DNA from: Ignavibacteria bacterium
GTDB taxonomy: Bacteria > Bacteroidota > Ignavibacteria > UBA10030
DNA: 64,000 bases
Assembly (NCBI GenBank): GCA_016873805.1
Contig: VGVZ01000005.1
Span: forward strand, 59,593 to 123,592
Reading direction: 5' to 3'
Below the pieces are notes generated by a model that did not search any database, was not told the DNA's origin, and saw only the letters and a program-made list of their open reading frames with translations. The position numbers and the translations under genes are program-made. Below are positions 9,379-18,896 of this stretch, piece by piece. How positions within the stretch are numbered: position 1 is the stretch's first letter; every line of letters begins with the position of its first letter.

Positions 9379-10050
9379 GTGTCAGCTTCTGCGCGCGAAG
9401 TCTTTGTGAAAGTCAGCGGAATTACCAATCTCGAAGATGCGATGCTGGCGGTTCGGTGCCGGGTTGATGGATTGGGATTTGTTTTTGCGAGAGGGGATCC
9501 GCGCAGTATTTCCGCCGAACGGTGCGCGGCGATTGTCGGAGCATTGCCCTCGCACATCACGAAAATCGGTGAGTTCGTCGGTTCCGATCGTCAGTACGTG
9601 CAGGGTATTCTCTCGAAGGTCAACTTGAGTGCCGCGCAGATTGACGGTCCGCTGGGTGCCGACGATCTCGTGGATTTCGAAACAAGCGTCATCAAAGTCT
9701 TCCACCTCGCGAGCGAATTCGACATCGAGGTAATGCGGAACTATCTGGTGGACGCATTTCTCCTCGAAGCGTGCATCGACGCCGGCACTCATCGAGGCGA
9801 GAAGCTCTTTCGCTGGGATGCTGCCCAGCAAGCGACCACGTACGGAAGGGTGATTCTTTCGGGCGGTTTGACGCCAGACAACATCGGCGAAGCGGTTCGT
9901 TTCGTGCGACCCTATGGCGTGAATGTCTCTGAAGGGGTGGAGAGGAAGCCGGGAGTCCTTGACCGTGACAGACTTCGAACGTTTGTCGCGAGGGCGAAGG
10001 CGGTGCGACTTCTGGACGAGGAAGATGACGCTTCCAAAGAATATCCGTGA
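9379..10050 (+). CDS. TrpF (phosphoribosylanthranilate isomerase)-like protein with altered active site
   Basis: KVSGITNLEDA, LGFVF, ILSGGLTPDNI, RPYGVNVSEGVE match the TrpF fold; catalytic positions substituted. Confidence 0.8.
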   Translation: MSASAREVFVKVSGITNLEDAMLAVRCRVDGLGFVFARGDPRSISAERCAAIVGALPSHITKIGEFVGSDRQYVQGILSKVNLSAAQIDGPLGADDLVDFETSVIKVFHLASEFDIEVMRNYLVDAFLLEACIDAGTHRGEKLFRWDAAQQATTYGRVILSGGLTPDNIGEAVRFVRPYGVNVSEGVERKPGVLDRDRLRTFVARAKAVRLLDEEDDASKEYP

Positions 10051-10110
10051 TCTCATGACGATGCCCTCCACATTGCGCCTCTCCTCGTACGACCGGAAGG
10101 AACCGGGGAA

Positions 10111-11649
10111 TTGACTTCTGAAACGATCGCAAAGAATGCATTCTACAATGTTCTTGCCTTCAGCGTCAATTTCATCGTCACGTTTCTCCTCGTGCCTATC
10201 ATGCTCGGCGCCCTCGGACCGATCGGCTTTGGTGTATGGGCGATCGTTCGAGTATTCGTGAACTATGCGTCGCTTGGTGATTTTGGGCTCAACAGCACGG
10301 TCACGAAGTATGTTGCCGAATACCACGCATCGAACGATCGCCACGCGATTGTTCGCGTCGTCCAGTGCGCGTTTGTCTTATATCTCGCCATCGGGATAAT
10401 CCTGATATCCCTTGCCTTTCTCTTCGAACCGCTGATCGTGGCAACATTCTTTGCATCAAGCGGAGAATTTGCCGGAGTGGTGAGCTATGTCCTGATCGGA
10501 TCGTTGCTGATCTTCGGAACCAATCTGGCTTTCTCTGTCTTCAGCTCGGCTCTGGTTGGTATCCAGCGGATGGATATCACAAACGGCGTTCTGGCGTTCT
10601 TCTCGCTGATCAACGGTGGACTGATGATCGGCGCTCTTGCGATGGGATACGGGCTGAAAGGATTGGTTTGGGCAAACGGATTGGCGACATGCTACGCGAT
10701 CATCCTCAACGGCTATTTCTATTTCAAATTGTTGGGAAATGGTATTCTGCGCACGTGGACACCGAATCGACAGAACGTTCTTCGGCTCTTTCGGTACAGC
10801 CGGCATATTTTCGTCGGAGCGGTTGCGCACACCTTTCATATGCATTTCGACAAGCTGCTCCTGAGTTCCTTTCTGAGTCTGAGTCTGGTTTCATCATACG
10901 AGGTTGCCTCGAGAGTGATTATCCAGGCGCGTCAGATTCCGGTCTTGATGCTGCAGCCGCTTCTGCCCGCTGCATCCGATTTTGAGGCCCGCCAGGCAAC
11001 AGAGAACCTGCGATCGCTCTATCTGCGCAGCATGAAATATGTCTTCGTGCTCGCCGTTCCAGTTCTCGGCTTCTTGGGTGCATTTGCGGAACCATTCACG
11101 ATCGTTTGGCTAGGGGTGCGAGATCACCACATCATCCTCACGTTACAGATCCTGGTTTTTGCAAACTTCGTCAATCTCATGACAGGGCCGGGATACTTCA
11201 TTTCGTTGGGAATCGGAAGGCCAGATTATTCGATGTACAGTGCCGTCGTCGGATTGGTGATACACGTTGTGCTGAGCGTTGTTCTCGTCCAGATCCTGGG
11301 ATACTACGGTGCCGTTATGGGGAGTTTCGTGGCCTTGATTGCCGGGGCATGGGTGTTTCTCCACCTCATTCAGCGTCACATGGCGGTGAAGCTGAGGGAG
11401 GTTCTGTCGCACCTGTGGACACCCATCGGCTCCCTCGCTATTGCCTCAGCGCTGGCTCTCGGGGGCGGAGCTCTGATTGCCCAGCCGTTGCCGAAGTTCG
11501 CCGTCATGGCAGTCCTTGGACTCGGAATCTACGTCACCGGAATTGTCCTGTTGAAGTACTTCGATGAACACGATGTTGGTCTCATGAGGAGACTCTGGGC
11601 GTCTCTACGGCCGTCTTGGTTTGAAGCACCCCGCGAAACACACTTCTAG
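10111..11649 (+). CDS. Wzx-like polysaccharide flippase (MOP superfamily)
   Basis: Many TM segments, LGDFGLNSTVTKYVAE, DKLLLS; adjacent glycosyltransferases. Confidence 0.85.
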   Translation: MTSETIAKNAFYNVLAFSVNFIVTFLLVPIMLGALGPIGFGVWAIVRVFVNYASLGDFGLNSTVTKYVAEYHASNDRHAIVRVVQCAFVLYLAIGIILISLAFLFEPLIVATFFASSGEFAGVVSYVLIGSLLIFGTNLAFSVFSSALVGIQRMDITNGVLAFFSLINGGLMIGALAMGYGLKGLVWANGLATCYAIILNGYFYFKLLGNGILRTWTPNRQNVLRLFRYSRHIFVGAVAHTFHMHFDKLLLSSFLSLSLVSSYEVASRVIIQARQIPVLMLQPLLPAASDFEARQATENLRSLYLRSMKYVFVLAVPVLGFLGAFAEPFTIVWLGVRDHHIILTLQILVFANFVNLMTGPGYFISLGIGRPDYSMYSAVVGLVIHVVLSVVLVQILGYYGAVMGSFVALIAGAWVFLHLIQRHMAVKLREVLSHLWTPIGSLAIASALALGGGALIAQPLPKFAVMAVLGLGIYVTGIVLLKYFDEHDVGLMRRLWASLRPSWFEAPRETHF

Positions 11650-11696
11650 CGTTGTCGAATCTGTCGATCTGCGATTGACGAACTCGAAAGCTCACT

Positions 11697-12641
11697 ATGC
11701 CGGATGTCACTATTGTCATCGTGAATCATAACCGGAAGGACCTCCTCAGGGATTGTCTCAATTCCATCGAGGAGAACGACGTGAGCGTTGAGGTATTTGT
11801 TGTCGATAACGGCTCGAACGACGGCAGTGTGGAGATGCTGGAAGATGCGTATCGTTGGATTCATCTCATTCGGAATCGGAACAACGAACGATTTGCGAAA
11901 CCAAACAACGATGCGATTCGCCGCGCGTCCGGACGCTACATCCTCTTGCTGAACAACGATGCGATACTACGGCCGGGCTCACTTCGTGAACTGGTCTCCT
12001 ATCTTGAGGCGCATCCCGATGTGGCCATGGTAGGCCCGCAACTTCTGAATCCCGACGGAACGATTCAACAGTCATGCCACGGGTTCGTTTCGCTGCGCAC
12101 ACATTTTTTTGATATGGTTCTTCTTGATCGGTTGTTTCCCCATTCCCGATATTTTGCAGCGGCTCCGATGACCTATTTCGATTACAAGACGGAATCAGTC
12201 GTTGATCATGTGATGGCGGCGGCTGTCCTTGTGCGCCGCGATGTTCTGCTGAAGATTGGATTGTTCGATGAACAACTGAGTGTGTACTACAACGATCTCG
12301 ATCTCTCGTATCGGATGGCGCAGGAAGGATGGAAGAGTGTGTTTCTCCCTGCCGCGAAGGTTACTCACTACGGCGGACATACTGCGAAGCCCATGATGGA
12401 TGACCTTACCTTCTTTCGTGAGCAATACGAGAACATCTTCCATTACTACAGGAAACACTTCGGCAAACGCACGGTGCGGATTTACCAGATTATGCTCCTG
12501 GTGGGATTCCTCCCGCGTGCAGTGTGGTGGAGCGTCCTGTCTCTTTTTTCGAGATCCGAGAGGATCTCGCAGATGCGTACATTTGCGCTTCGGACCGTCC
12601 AGCTCGCTCTGAGTACTCTGATCGATGGGGAGAAGGAATGA
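11697..12641 (+). CDS. Glycosyltransferase family 2
   Basis: VIVNHN, VVDNGSNDGS, LLLNND, GLFDE..YYNDLD. Confidence 0.9.
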   Translation: MPDVTIVIVNHNRKDLLRDCLNSIEENDVSVEVFVVDNGSNDGSVEMLEDAYRWIHLIRNRNNERFAKPNNDAIRRASGRYILLLNNDAILRPGSLRELVSYLEAHPDVAMVGPQLLNPDGTIQQSCHGFVSLRTHFFDMVLLDRLFPHSRYFAAAPMTYFDYKTESVVDHVMAAAVLVRRDVLLKIGLFDEQLSVYYNDLDLSYRMAQEGWKSVFLPAAKVTHYGGHTAKPMMDDLTFFREQYENIFHYYRKHFGKRTVRIYQIMLLVGFLPRAVWWSVLSLFSRSERISQMRTFALRTVQLALSTLIDGEKE

Positions 12642-13519
12642 ACGTCCGGACATCGATCATCATCGTGAACTACAACGGCCTCCTCCTCACCCAGGCACTG
12701 CTGGATTCGCTCCGGCGACACGCGCCGGGACACGAGGTCGTCGTCGTCGACAACGGATCCACGGATGGAAGCGCCGACACGTTGCAGGAGTCGCTGTTCG
12801 ACGTGAAGCTTGTCCGCTTGGAGCGCAATCTCGGTTTCGGGTTGGCGAACAACAGAGGTGCGGACCATGCAACGGAAGAATTTCTTTTCTTCTTGAACAA
12901 CGACAGCATTGTGCGATCTGATGTTCCTGCCGCGTTGGCCGCTTTTATGATCGATCATCCCGATATCGGTCTCTGCGGACCAAAACTCCTCAATGCCGAT
13001 GGTTCGTATCAAGTGTCTCACGGTTTCGATCCCTCGTTGTGGAACGAATGGAGGACAAGACGCTTGCAAAAACGTGGTGGAAGGCGCGACCAGGCGGCCG
13101 AAGTGCCTCCGCATCCGGATTGGCTCTCGGGCGCCGCGCTGATGACACGGAAGACGCTCTTCCGGACGGTGGGGGGATTTGATCCGTCGTATTTTATGTA
13201 CTTCGAGGATGCCGACCTGTGTTGTCGCATCCGTGAAGCAGGTTTTCGGATTGCCTATCTCCCTGAGATCTCGCTTGTTCACCTGCGGAGACGAACGGTC
13301 GACCGAGAGTCGTCAAGAATCAACGTCGAGTACCGAAGAAGTCAGATTCGATATTATCAGTTCCATAGGGGCGGATTATCGATAGTTCTGCTCCGCGCGT
13401 ACTTGTTCGCGAAGTTCGGGTTGATTTGGATCGTCTCGCGGAGCAACACCACGCGACAAAGGACCGCAGCGGCGATTGTCAGACTTGCCATCGGGCGATC
13501 GTCGGAAGATCCCGGATGA
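12638..13519 (+). CDS. Glycosyltransferase family 2 (rhamnosyltransferase-like)
   Basis: IIIVNYN, VVDNGSTDGS, NLGFGLANNRG, GGFDPSYFMYFEDADLC; ATGA overlap with upstream gene. Confidence 0.9.
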   Translation: MNVRTSIIIVNYNGLLLTQALLDSLRRHAPGHEVVVVDNGSTDGSADTLQESLFDVKLVRLERNLGFGLANNRGADHATEEFLFFLNNDSIVRSDVPAALAAFMIDHPDIGLCGPKLLNADGSYQVSHGFDPSLWNEWRTRRLQKRGGRRDQAAEVPPHPDWLSGAALMTRKTLFRTVGGFDPSYFMYFEDADLCCRIREAGFRIAYLPEISLVHLRRRTVDRESSRINVEYRRSQIRYYQFHRGGLSIVLLRAYLFAKFGLIWIVSRSNTTRQRTAAAIVRLAIGRSSEDPG

Positions 13520-13523
13520 GTCC

Positions 13524-14642
13524 ATGAGTCATATCGTCATCGATGCACGAAAATACTTCGATTACGGAATCGGCACCTATCTTCAGGAGTTGACGTCACA
13601 GCTGGCTCAGCAGGATACCCAGCATACGTACTCCTTGATCGCCGGTAGTGAAGCGAGGACTCAGTCGCTGGGTCCTGAGCAGTGGCGAAAGTCATTCGTG
13701 CCGTATCGGAAGTATTCTCTTTCGGAGCTCCTTTTCCTGGGAGGGCATGCCCGCCGGACCCTCCGGGCCGATTTGTTGCACATTCCACATTATACCCTTC
13801 CGTTGTTCTGTGAGGGGAGAAGCGTGGTCACCATCCATGATCTCATCCAGCTCAAGTTTCCTCAATACTTCAACGCATTGAAGCGCGGTTACGCACGTGG
13901 GGTCATTAGTCACGCGGTCAGAAATGCCGGTGCGGTTATCGCGGTCTCGCAGACGACCAAGAACGATCTTCTCGACATGTTCAGTGTCGATGAAGCGCGT
14001 ATCCATGTTGTCCACAATGGGGTCAGTTCAGTGTATTCGGTTGAAAACGACACTGCACGCATCGACCATTTCTTGAACGACGCAAATGTGTTTCGGCCGT
14101 ATCTCCTCTACGTTGGAAGTCTGAAGCCACACAAGAACATTGGATTGTTGCTTGATTCGTTCGCCAGGTTGCACCAGGCCGATCCACAACTTCAACTCGT
14201 CATGGCCGGGGAGCGGCTCGAGCAATACCCTCGACTCCTCGATCGAGCAAAAAGTCTTGGCGTGTGGAATGCGATTCGGGAACTCCGTACATTGAGCCGG
14301 AATGAACTGCGTCTCCTCTACAACGGTGCGGCTCTTCTTGTGATGCCGTCGCAGTATGAGGGATTCGGATTGCCGCCGCTTGAAGCGATGGCATGCGGGA
14401 CACCGGTAGTTTCGTCTGCGGGGGGTTCACTCCCCGAAATCGTTGGAGACGCGGCAATCGTTGTTGCAGAACCCAGCCCAGACGACTGGGCGAGGGCGAT
14501 TGATGATGTGCGGAAGGACGAAGGATTGCAGAGGAAGATGCGCGAGAAAGGATTGCGTCGCGCAGCGGCGTTTTCGTGGGTACGATGCGCGTCAATGACG
14601 CTGCAGGTCTATCGCCAAGTCCTTGCCGCAACCGGGAGGTAG
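13524..14642 (+). CDS. Glycosyltransferase family 4 (GT-B, mannosyltransferase-like)
   Basis: [38 protein letters not shown]. Confidence 0.9.
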   Translation: MSHIVIDARKYFDYGIGTYLQELTSQLAQQDTQHTYSLIAGSEARTQSLGPEQWRKSFVPYRKYSLSELLFLGGHARRTLRADLLHIPHYTLPLFCEGRSVVTIHDLIQLKFPQYFNALKRGYARGVISHAVRNAGAVIAVSQTTKNDLLDMFSVDEARIHVVHNGVSSVYSVENDTARIDHFLNDANVFRPYLLYVGSLKPHKNIGLLLDSFARLHQADPQLQLVMAGERLEQYPRLLDRAKSLGVWNAIRELRTLSRNELRLLYNGAALLVMPSQYEGFGLPPLEAMACGTPVVSSAGGSLPEIVGDAAIVVAEPSPDDWARAIDDVRKDEGLQRKMREKGLRRAAAFSWVRCASMTLQVYRQVLAATGR

Positions 14643-14664
14643 AACGAGCTCCGAAACGACGACA

Positions 14665-15252
14665 ATGCCGAAAACAAGGAAACGTCCCCAGATTGGCCTA
14701 TTTGGCGGATCATTCGATCCACCCCATTTGGCCCATCTGATCATCGCAGAGTGTGCCAGGGAACAGCTTGAACTCGAAAAGGTGATATTCATCCCGGCCC
14801 ATCAGTCCCCCCACAAAACCGGACCGATCCTCACGGCTCCTACACATCGCAAAGAAATGACGGCAATTGCCATCGAAGGTCACTCCGCCTTTGAGGTATC
14901 AGACGTTGAAATGCGGCGAAAAGGGATCTCCTACACGATCGATACGCTGAAGCATTTTCGCGAGAGGTATCCGGGTGCGGAGCTTTTTCTTATCGTCGGG
15001 AGTGATAGTCTGGATCAGTTCCAATCATGGAAATCGCCAAAGGAAATCCTTTCACTTGCTACGTTGACAGTGTTTCCTCGCAGATGGGGAGTCGAGGTGA
15101 AAGACAAGTCTACGATCATTTTGCATGCTCCGGTCATCGAAATTTCCTCGACCGATATCCGACGGCGCGTGAAGATGGGGCGTACGATACGCTATATGGT
15201 TCCCCCAAAAGTGGAGAAGTACATCCGCCTCCATCACCTTTATTCGATGTAG
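14665..15252 (+). CDS. nadD: Nicotinate-nucleotide adenylyltransferase
   Basis: GLFGGSFDPPHLAH, SPHK, SYTIDTL, ISSTDIR. Confidence 0.95.
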   Translation: MPKTRKRPQIGLFGGSFDPPHLAHLIIAECAREQLELEKVIFIPAHQSPHKTGPILTAPTHRKEMTAIAIEGHSAFEVSDVEMRRKGISYTIDTLKHFRERYPGAELFLIVGSDSLDQFQSWKSPKEILSLATLTVFPRRWGVEVKDKSTIILHAPVIEISSTDIRRRVKMGRTIRYMVPPKVEKYIRLHHLYSM

Positions 15253-15288
15253 ACCTTTCCTCTCGCCGTTCACCCGTCGCGGCGATTC

Positions 15289-15317
15289 TTGCAGGAACTC
15301 GCAAAGTTTCGTACCTT
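15289..15317 (+). promoter_or_regulatory. Putative promoter for structured leader/tRNA-Arg/proS
   Basis: TTGCAG-N17-TACCTT. Confidence 0.5.
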
Positions 15318-15400
15318 TTCGTCCGAGCCAAAGAATTTCGTGGACACGGAGAGACGACCGTTAGAGTAGCTGTGCCGTTGACAGTCCACGAACGCAATCA

Positions 15401-15560
15401 TCGCCCCTGTAGCTCAGTCCCAAAATGGCCGACGAACGATGTTGTGAGTCGCTGCCATTTTGAGCCTGCCCGCCTCAGTGAATTGAATAAGGCAGGCGGG
15501 GATCCCGCCGTTCGGCGGGATCGGAGCTACCGTTTGGAATCTTCGCCCCTGTAGCTCAGT
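15401..15560 (+). repeat. 18-bp direct repeat (tRNA-Arg 5' end) flanking three palindromic hairpins
   Basis: TCGCCCCTGTAGCTCAGT at 15401-15418 and 15543-15560; hairpins 15421-15462, 15464-15497, 15501-15522. Confidence 0.85.
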
Positions 15561-15618
15561 TGGATAGAGCAGCGGTTTCCTAAACCGTTGGTCGGACGTT
15601 CGAGTCGTCTCAGGGGCA
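15545..15618 (+). tRNA. tRNA-Arg (CCT)
   Basis: GCCCCTG/CAGGGGC acceptor, GCTC/GAGC D arm, GCGGT-TTCCTAA-ACCGT, GTTCGAG T loop; CCA not encoded. Confidence 0.95.
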
Positions 15619-15731
15619 CGGCACACGCTCTTCGCCGGCACGAGCCGAGACTGAGAAAGGAACTGCTGGCGTTAGCGTTTCGTTCAATCGCGTAATTCAC
15701 CTCAATCCCATCAACAACGTCTCGGAACCTC

Positions 15732-17426
15732 ATGCGTCTCAGTTATGCCTTCATCCCGACACTGAAAGAGATCCCGGCCGATGCAACAATGAAGAGTCAC
15801 CAGTTGATGCTTCGGGCCGGGTTGATGCGGCAGCTCACGGCCGGAGTCTATGCATTCCTTCCTCTCGCGTATCGCGCGATGCTGAAAGCAATGGAGATCA
15901 TTCGCGAAGAGATGAACGCGATCGGCGGTCAGGAATTTCACCTGCCGGCATTGAATCCCGAATCGTTGTGGGTGACGACGGGTCGACGGAATATTCCGAA
16001 CCTCATCCTGAGCATCAAGGAACGCGATCTTGTTCTTGCGCCGACGCACGAGGAGGTGATCGCGTGGCTGGCGGCGTATCACATTCAATCGTACAAAGAC
16101 CTGCCCCAGATATGGTATCAGATCCAGACGAAATTTCGGAATGAGCCGCGTCCGCGTTCGGGCGTTCTGCGCGGACGTCAATTCATCATGAAGGATTCGT
16201 ATACGCTTGATGCGACCTGGGAAGGTCTCGACGCTAGTTATCAAGCTCACGCGGAAGCGTATCGCAAGATCTTCCGTCGATGCGGTCTGGACTTCTTTGA
16301 AGTGGGCGCTTCGAGCGGAGCTATGGGAGGGACCGGATCTCAAGAATTCATGATAGAGTCTCCGTCGGGTGAGGACACCGTTGTTTTGTGCCCGAAATGC
16401 GGATATGCAGCGAACCTGGAAATCGCTGAATCGGCCCTGCCGCCCTTGGAACGAAAATCGGAAACGAAGCCGCTGGAAGAAATCCATACTCCCAACGTTC
16501 GGACTATCGACGAGCTTGCCCGATTTCTAAAGGTTGACCAGACGCGATTGGCAAAATCGGTCGTGTATCAGCACGATGGAAAGCCGCTCCTCGCTCTCAT
16601 GGTCGGCAATGACGAATTGAACGAAGCAAAGCTCACAGCGGCACTCGGCGCGGGGGAAGTCAAGCCGATCCCGACTGAAGAACTACTGGCGCTGACCGGA
16701 GCCGATGGAGGTTCAATCGGCCCGGTGGGATTGAAGAATTTTCGCATCATTGCGGACAGGCGGTTGAAGAATGCAAACGGAATGATCAGCGGCGCGAACC
16801 GGAATGACTATCATCTTGGTAACATCGATTTCACGCGCGACGTGACGCTCGAGGGCTTCCACGATCTGCGAACGGTTGAATCAGAAGAACCCTGTGTTTC
16901 CTGCAATTCGCCGTTGAAAGTTTCCAACGCCATCGAATTGGGGCACATTTTCAAGCTTGGGACAAAGTACTCCGAAGCTCTCGATGCGACTTTCCTGGAT
17001 GAAAACGGGAAAGCCCAGCCGGTCATTATGGGGAGCTATGGCATCGGTGTGGAGCGGATCATCGCATGTCATATCGAACAAAGTCATGATGAGCATGGGA
17101 TTGTGTGGAACAAGGCCCTGGCGCCGTACGATCTCCATCTGATCGCAGCGAATATGAATCACGAAGAGACCGTGAAGATCTCAGCCGGACTCTATGAGGA
17201 GTTGCGGGAGATCGGGGTCGAAGTGCTCTTTGACGATCGGACAAACGTTTCTCCTGGGTTCAAGTTCAAGGATGCGGACCTCATGGGGATGCCTGTTCAA
17301 GTAATCGTTGGTGAACGCGGGTTGAAAGAGCGAAAGATTGAAATCAAGCGAAGGCGGAGCGGAGAACGGACACTTGTGCCGATCCAGGATGCCGTCGGAG
17401 CGATCCGGAAAATGATTGCCGACTAG
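15732..17426 (+). CDS. proS: Proline--tRNA ligase (bacterial type with editing domain)
   Basis: SHQLMLRAG, LAPTHEE, FRNEPRPRSG, IELGHIFKLGTKYS, MGSYGIGVER. Confidence 0.96.
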   Translation: MRLSYAFIPTLKEIPADATMKSHQLMLRAGLMRQLTAGVYAFLPLAYRAMLKAMEIIREEMNAIGGQEFHLPALNPESLWVTTGRRNIPNLILSIKERDLVLAPTHEEVIAWLAAYHIQSYKDLPQIWYQIQTKFRNEPRPRSGVLRGRQFIMKDSYTLDATWEGLDASYQAHAEAYRKIFRRCGLDFFEVGASSGAMGGTGSQEFMIESPSGEDTVVLCPKCGYAANLEIAESALPPLERKSETKPLEEIHTPNVRTIDELARFLKVDQTRLAKSVVYQHDGKPLLALMVGNDELNEAKLTAALGAGEVKPIPTEELLALTGADGGSIGPVGLKNFRIIADRRLKNANGMISGANRNDYHLGNIDFTRDVTLEGFHDLRTVESEEPCVSCNSPLKVSNAIELGHIFKLGTKYSEALDATFLDENGKAQPVIMGSYGIGVERIIACHIEQSHDEHGIVWNKALAPYDLHLIAANMNHEETVKISAGLYEELREIGVEVLFDDRTNVSPGFKFKDADLMGMPVQVIVGERGLKERKIEIKRRRSGERTLVPIQDAVGAIRKMIAD

Positions 17427-17430
17427 CACT

Positions 17431-18870
17431 ATGAATCCCTCAGTTCGCCCATTCTATCTTGCCGGTGAGTGGTTGTCTCGGGAGGGTCATCGGACGCGCA
17501 ATACGCTCGATGTTCGAAACCCTTTCGACGGCACTCTCGTTGCCACAGTTGCGCTCGCGTCACAGGAAGATATGGAGCGCGCGATCGAGGAGACCCGTCG
17601 GGGATTTGAGGAGACGCGCACACTGGGGAGCTATGAGCGGGCCGAGATTCTTGCGGGCATTGCCGCTCAGTTGAGTGCCCACAAAGATGAGGTTGCCCAT
17701 CTCATCACACTGGAGGCGGGGAAACCGATTTTGTTCTCCCGGCTGGAAGTGGATCGCGCGATCATGACATTTCAAGTCGCTTCCGAAGAAGCGAAACGCA
17801 TTCCGGGTGAAGTGATTCCGCTCGATCTGAATGCGGCATCTCGCGATCGCATCGGCCTTGTACGGCGATTTCCGTTGGGAGTGATACTGGCGATTTCGCC
17901 CTTCAACTTCCCGCTGAATCTTGTCGCCCACAAAGTGGCGCCGGCGATGGCGGCAGGGAACGCATTCATTCTGAAACCCTCGTCAAGTACGCCGCTGACC
18001 GCACTCCGATTGGCGGAGGCGATTGAAGCAGCGGGATACCCGAAGAGGGGTTTCGCTGTTCTTGCAACTCGCGGCTCGGATGCGGAGATGATGGTGAAGG
18101 ACGATCGACTCAAGATGATCACTTTCACCGGCAGTGCCGATATCGGGTGGTACCTCAAGACTAATGCAGGAAAGAAACGAGTGTTGCTGGAACTTGGCGG
18201 GAACGCGGGAGTCATCGTTGATGAAACGGCCGATCTCGATCTTGCCGTCAAAAAAACGGCGATGGCCGCGTTCGCGTATGCAGGACAGGTCTGCATCAAA
18301 ACGCAACGAATCTATATCCATCAGAATCTCTTCGAGCGGTTCGTGGAGCAGTTCGTCCGGCGCACGAAGGAGCTCCATTGCGGTGATCCGATGGATGACC
18401 GAACCATCGTCGGCCCTGTCATCGACGACCAGTCGGCGGAGCGAATCATTTCATGGATCGAGGAGGCGGTTGCGATGGGCGCGAAGGTGCTCACGGGGGG
18501 GCATCGAACCGGTCGGGTGATCGAACCCACTGTGCTTACAAACATTGACCGACGTGCGAAAGCGTTTTCTCAGGAAATCTTCGGCCCCGTGGTCACGCTC
18601 CACCCGTTCGCGACGATCGATGAAGCTGTGGCGGGAGTGAACGACTCGCGATATGGACTCCAGGCGGGAGTGTTCACGAACAACCTCCAGCACGCCTTCT
18701 ATGCATACCGCAACCTTGAGGCGGGGGGTGTGATTGTGAACGAGAGTTCCTCCTACCGCATCGATCCGATGCCGTATGGCGGAACCAAGGATTCCGGTCT
18801 CGGGCGTGAAGGGATTCGATACGCAATTGAAGAAATGACGGAACCGAAGCTCCTTGTTGTCGAGAATTGA
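17431..18870 (+). CDS. NAD(P)-dependent aldehyde dehydrogenase
   Basis: SPFNFP, FTGS, LELGGNA, AGQVCI, EIFGP, PYGGTKDSGLGREG. Confidence 0.92.
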   Translation: MNPSVRPFYLAGEWLSREGHRTRNTLDVRNPFDGTLVATVALASQEDMERAIEETRRGFEETRTLGSYERAEILAGIAAQLSAHKDEVAHLITLEAGKPILFSRLEVDRAIMTFQVASEEAKRIPGEVIPLDLNAASRDRIGLVRRFPLGVILAISPFNFPLNLVAHKVAPAMAAGNAFILKPSSSTPLTALRLAEAIEAAGYPKRGFAVLATRGSDAEMMVKDDRLKMITFTGSADIGWYLKTNAGKKRVLLELGGNAGVIVDETADLDLAVKKTAMAAFAYAGQVCIKTQRIYIHQNLFERFVEQFVRRTKELHCGDPMDDRTIVGPVIDDQSAERIISWIEEAVAMGAKVLTGGHRTGRVIEPTVLTNIDRRAKAFSQEIFGPVVTLHPFATIDEAVAGVNDSRYGLQAGVFTNNLQHAFYAYRNLEAGGVIVNESSSYRIDPMPYGGTKDSGLGREGIRYAIEEMTEPKLLVVEN

Positions 18871-18896
18871 GTTTTCCTCTCCGTGAAGTAGGAACC

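Noticed and set aside
10111-14642. Glycan cluster as a horizontally acquired island
   Set aside because: No obvious compositional shift by eye, no mobility genes or flanking repeats.
15401-15560. CRISPR array or prophage att site
   Set aside because: Only two repeat copies, identical to the tRNA 5' end; no cas or integrase genes in the window.
15619-15731. T-box-like leader before proS (CCGAGAC/GTCTCGG pairing)
   Set aside because: No T-box consensus or terminator; a single 7-bp stem is weak evidence.
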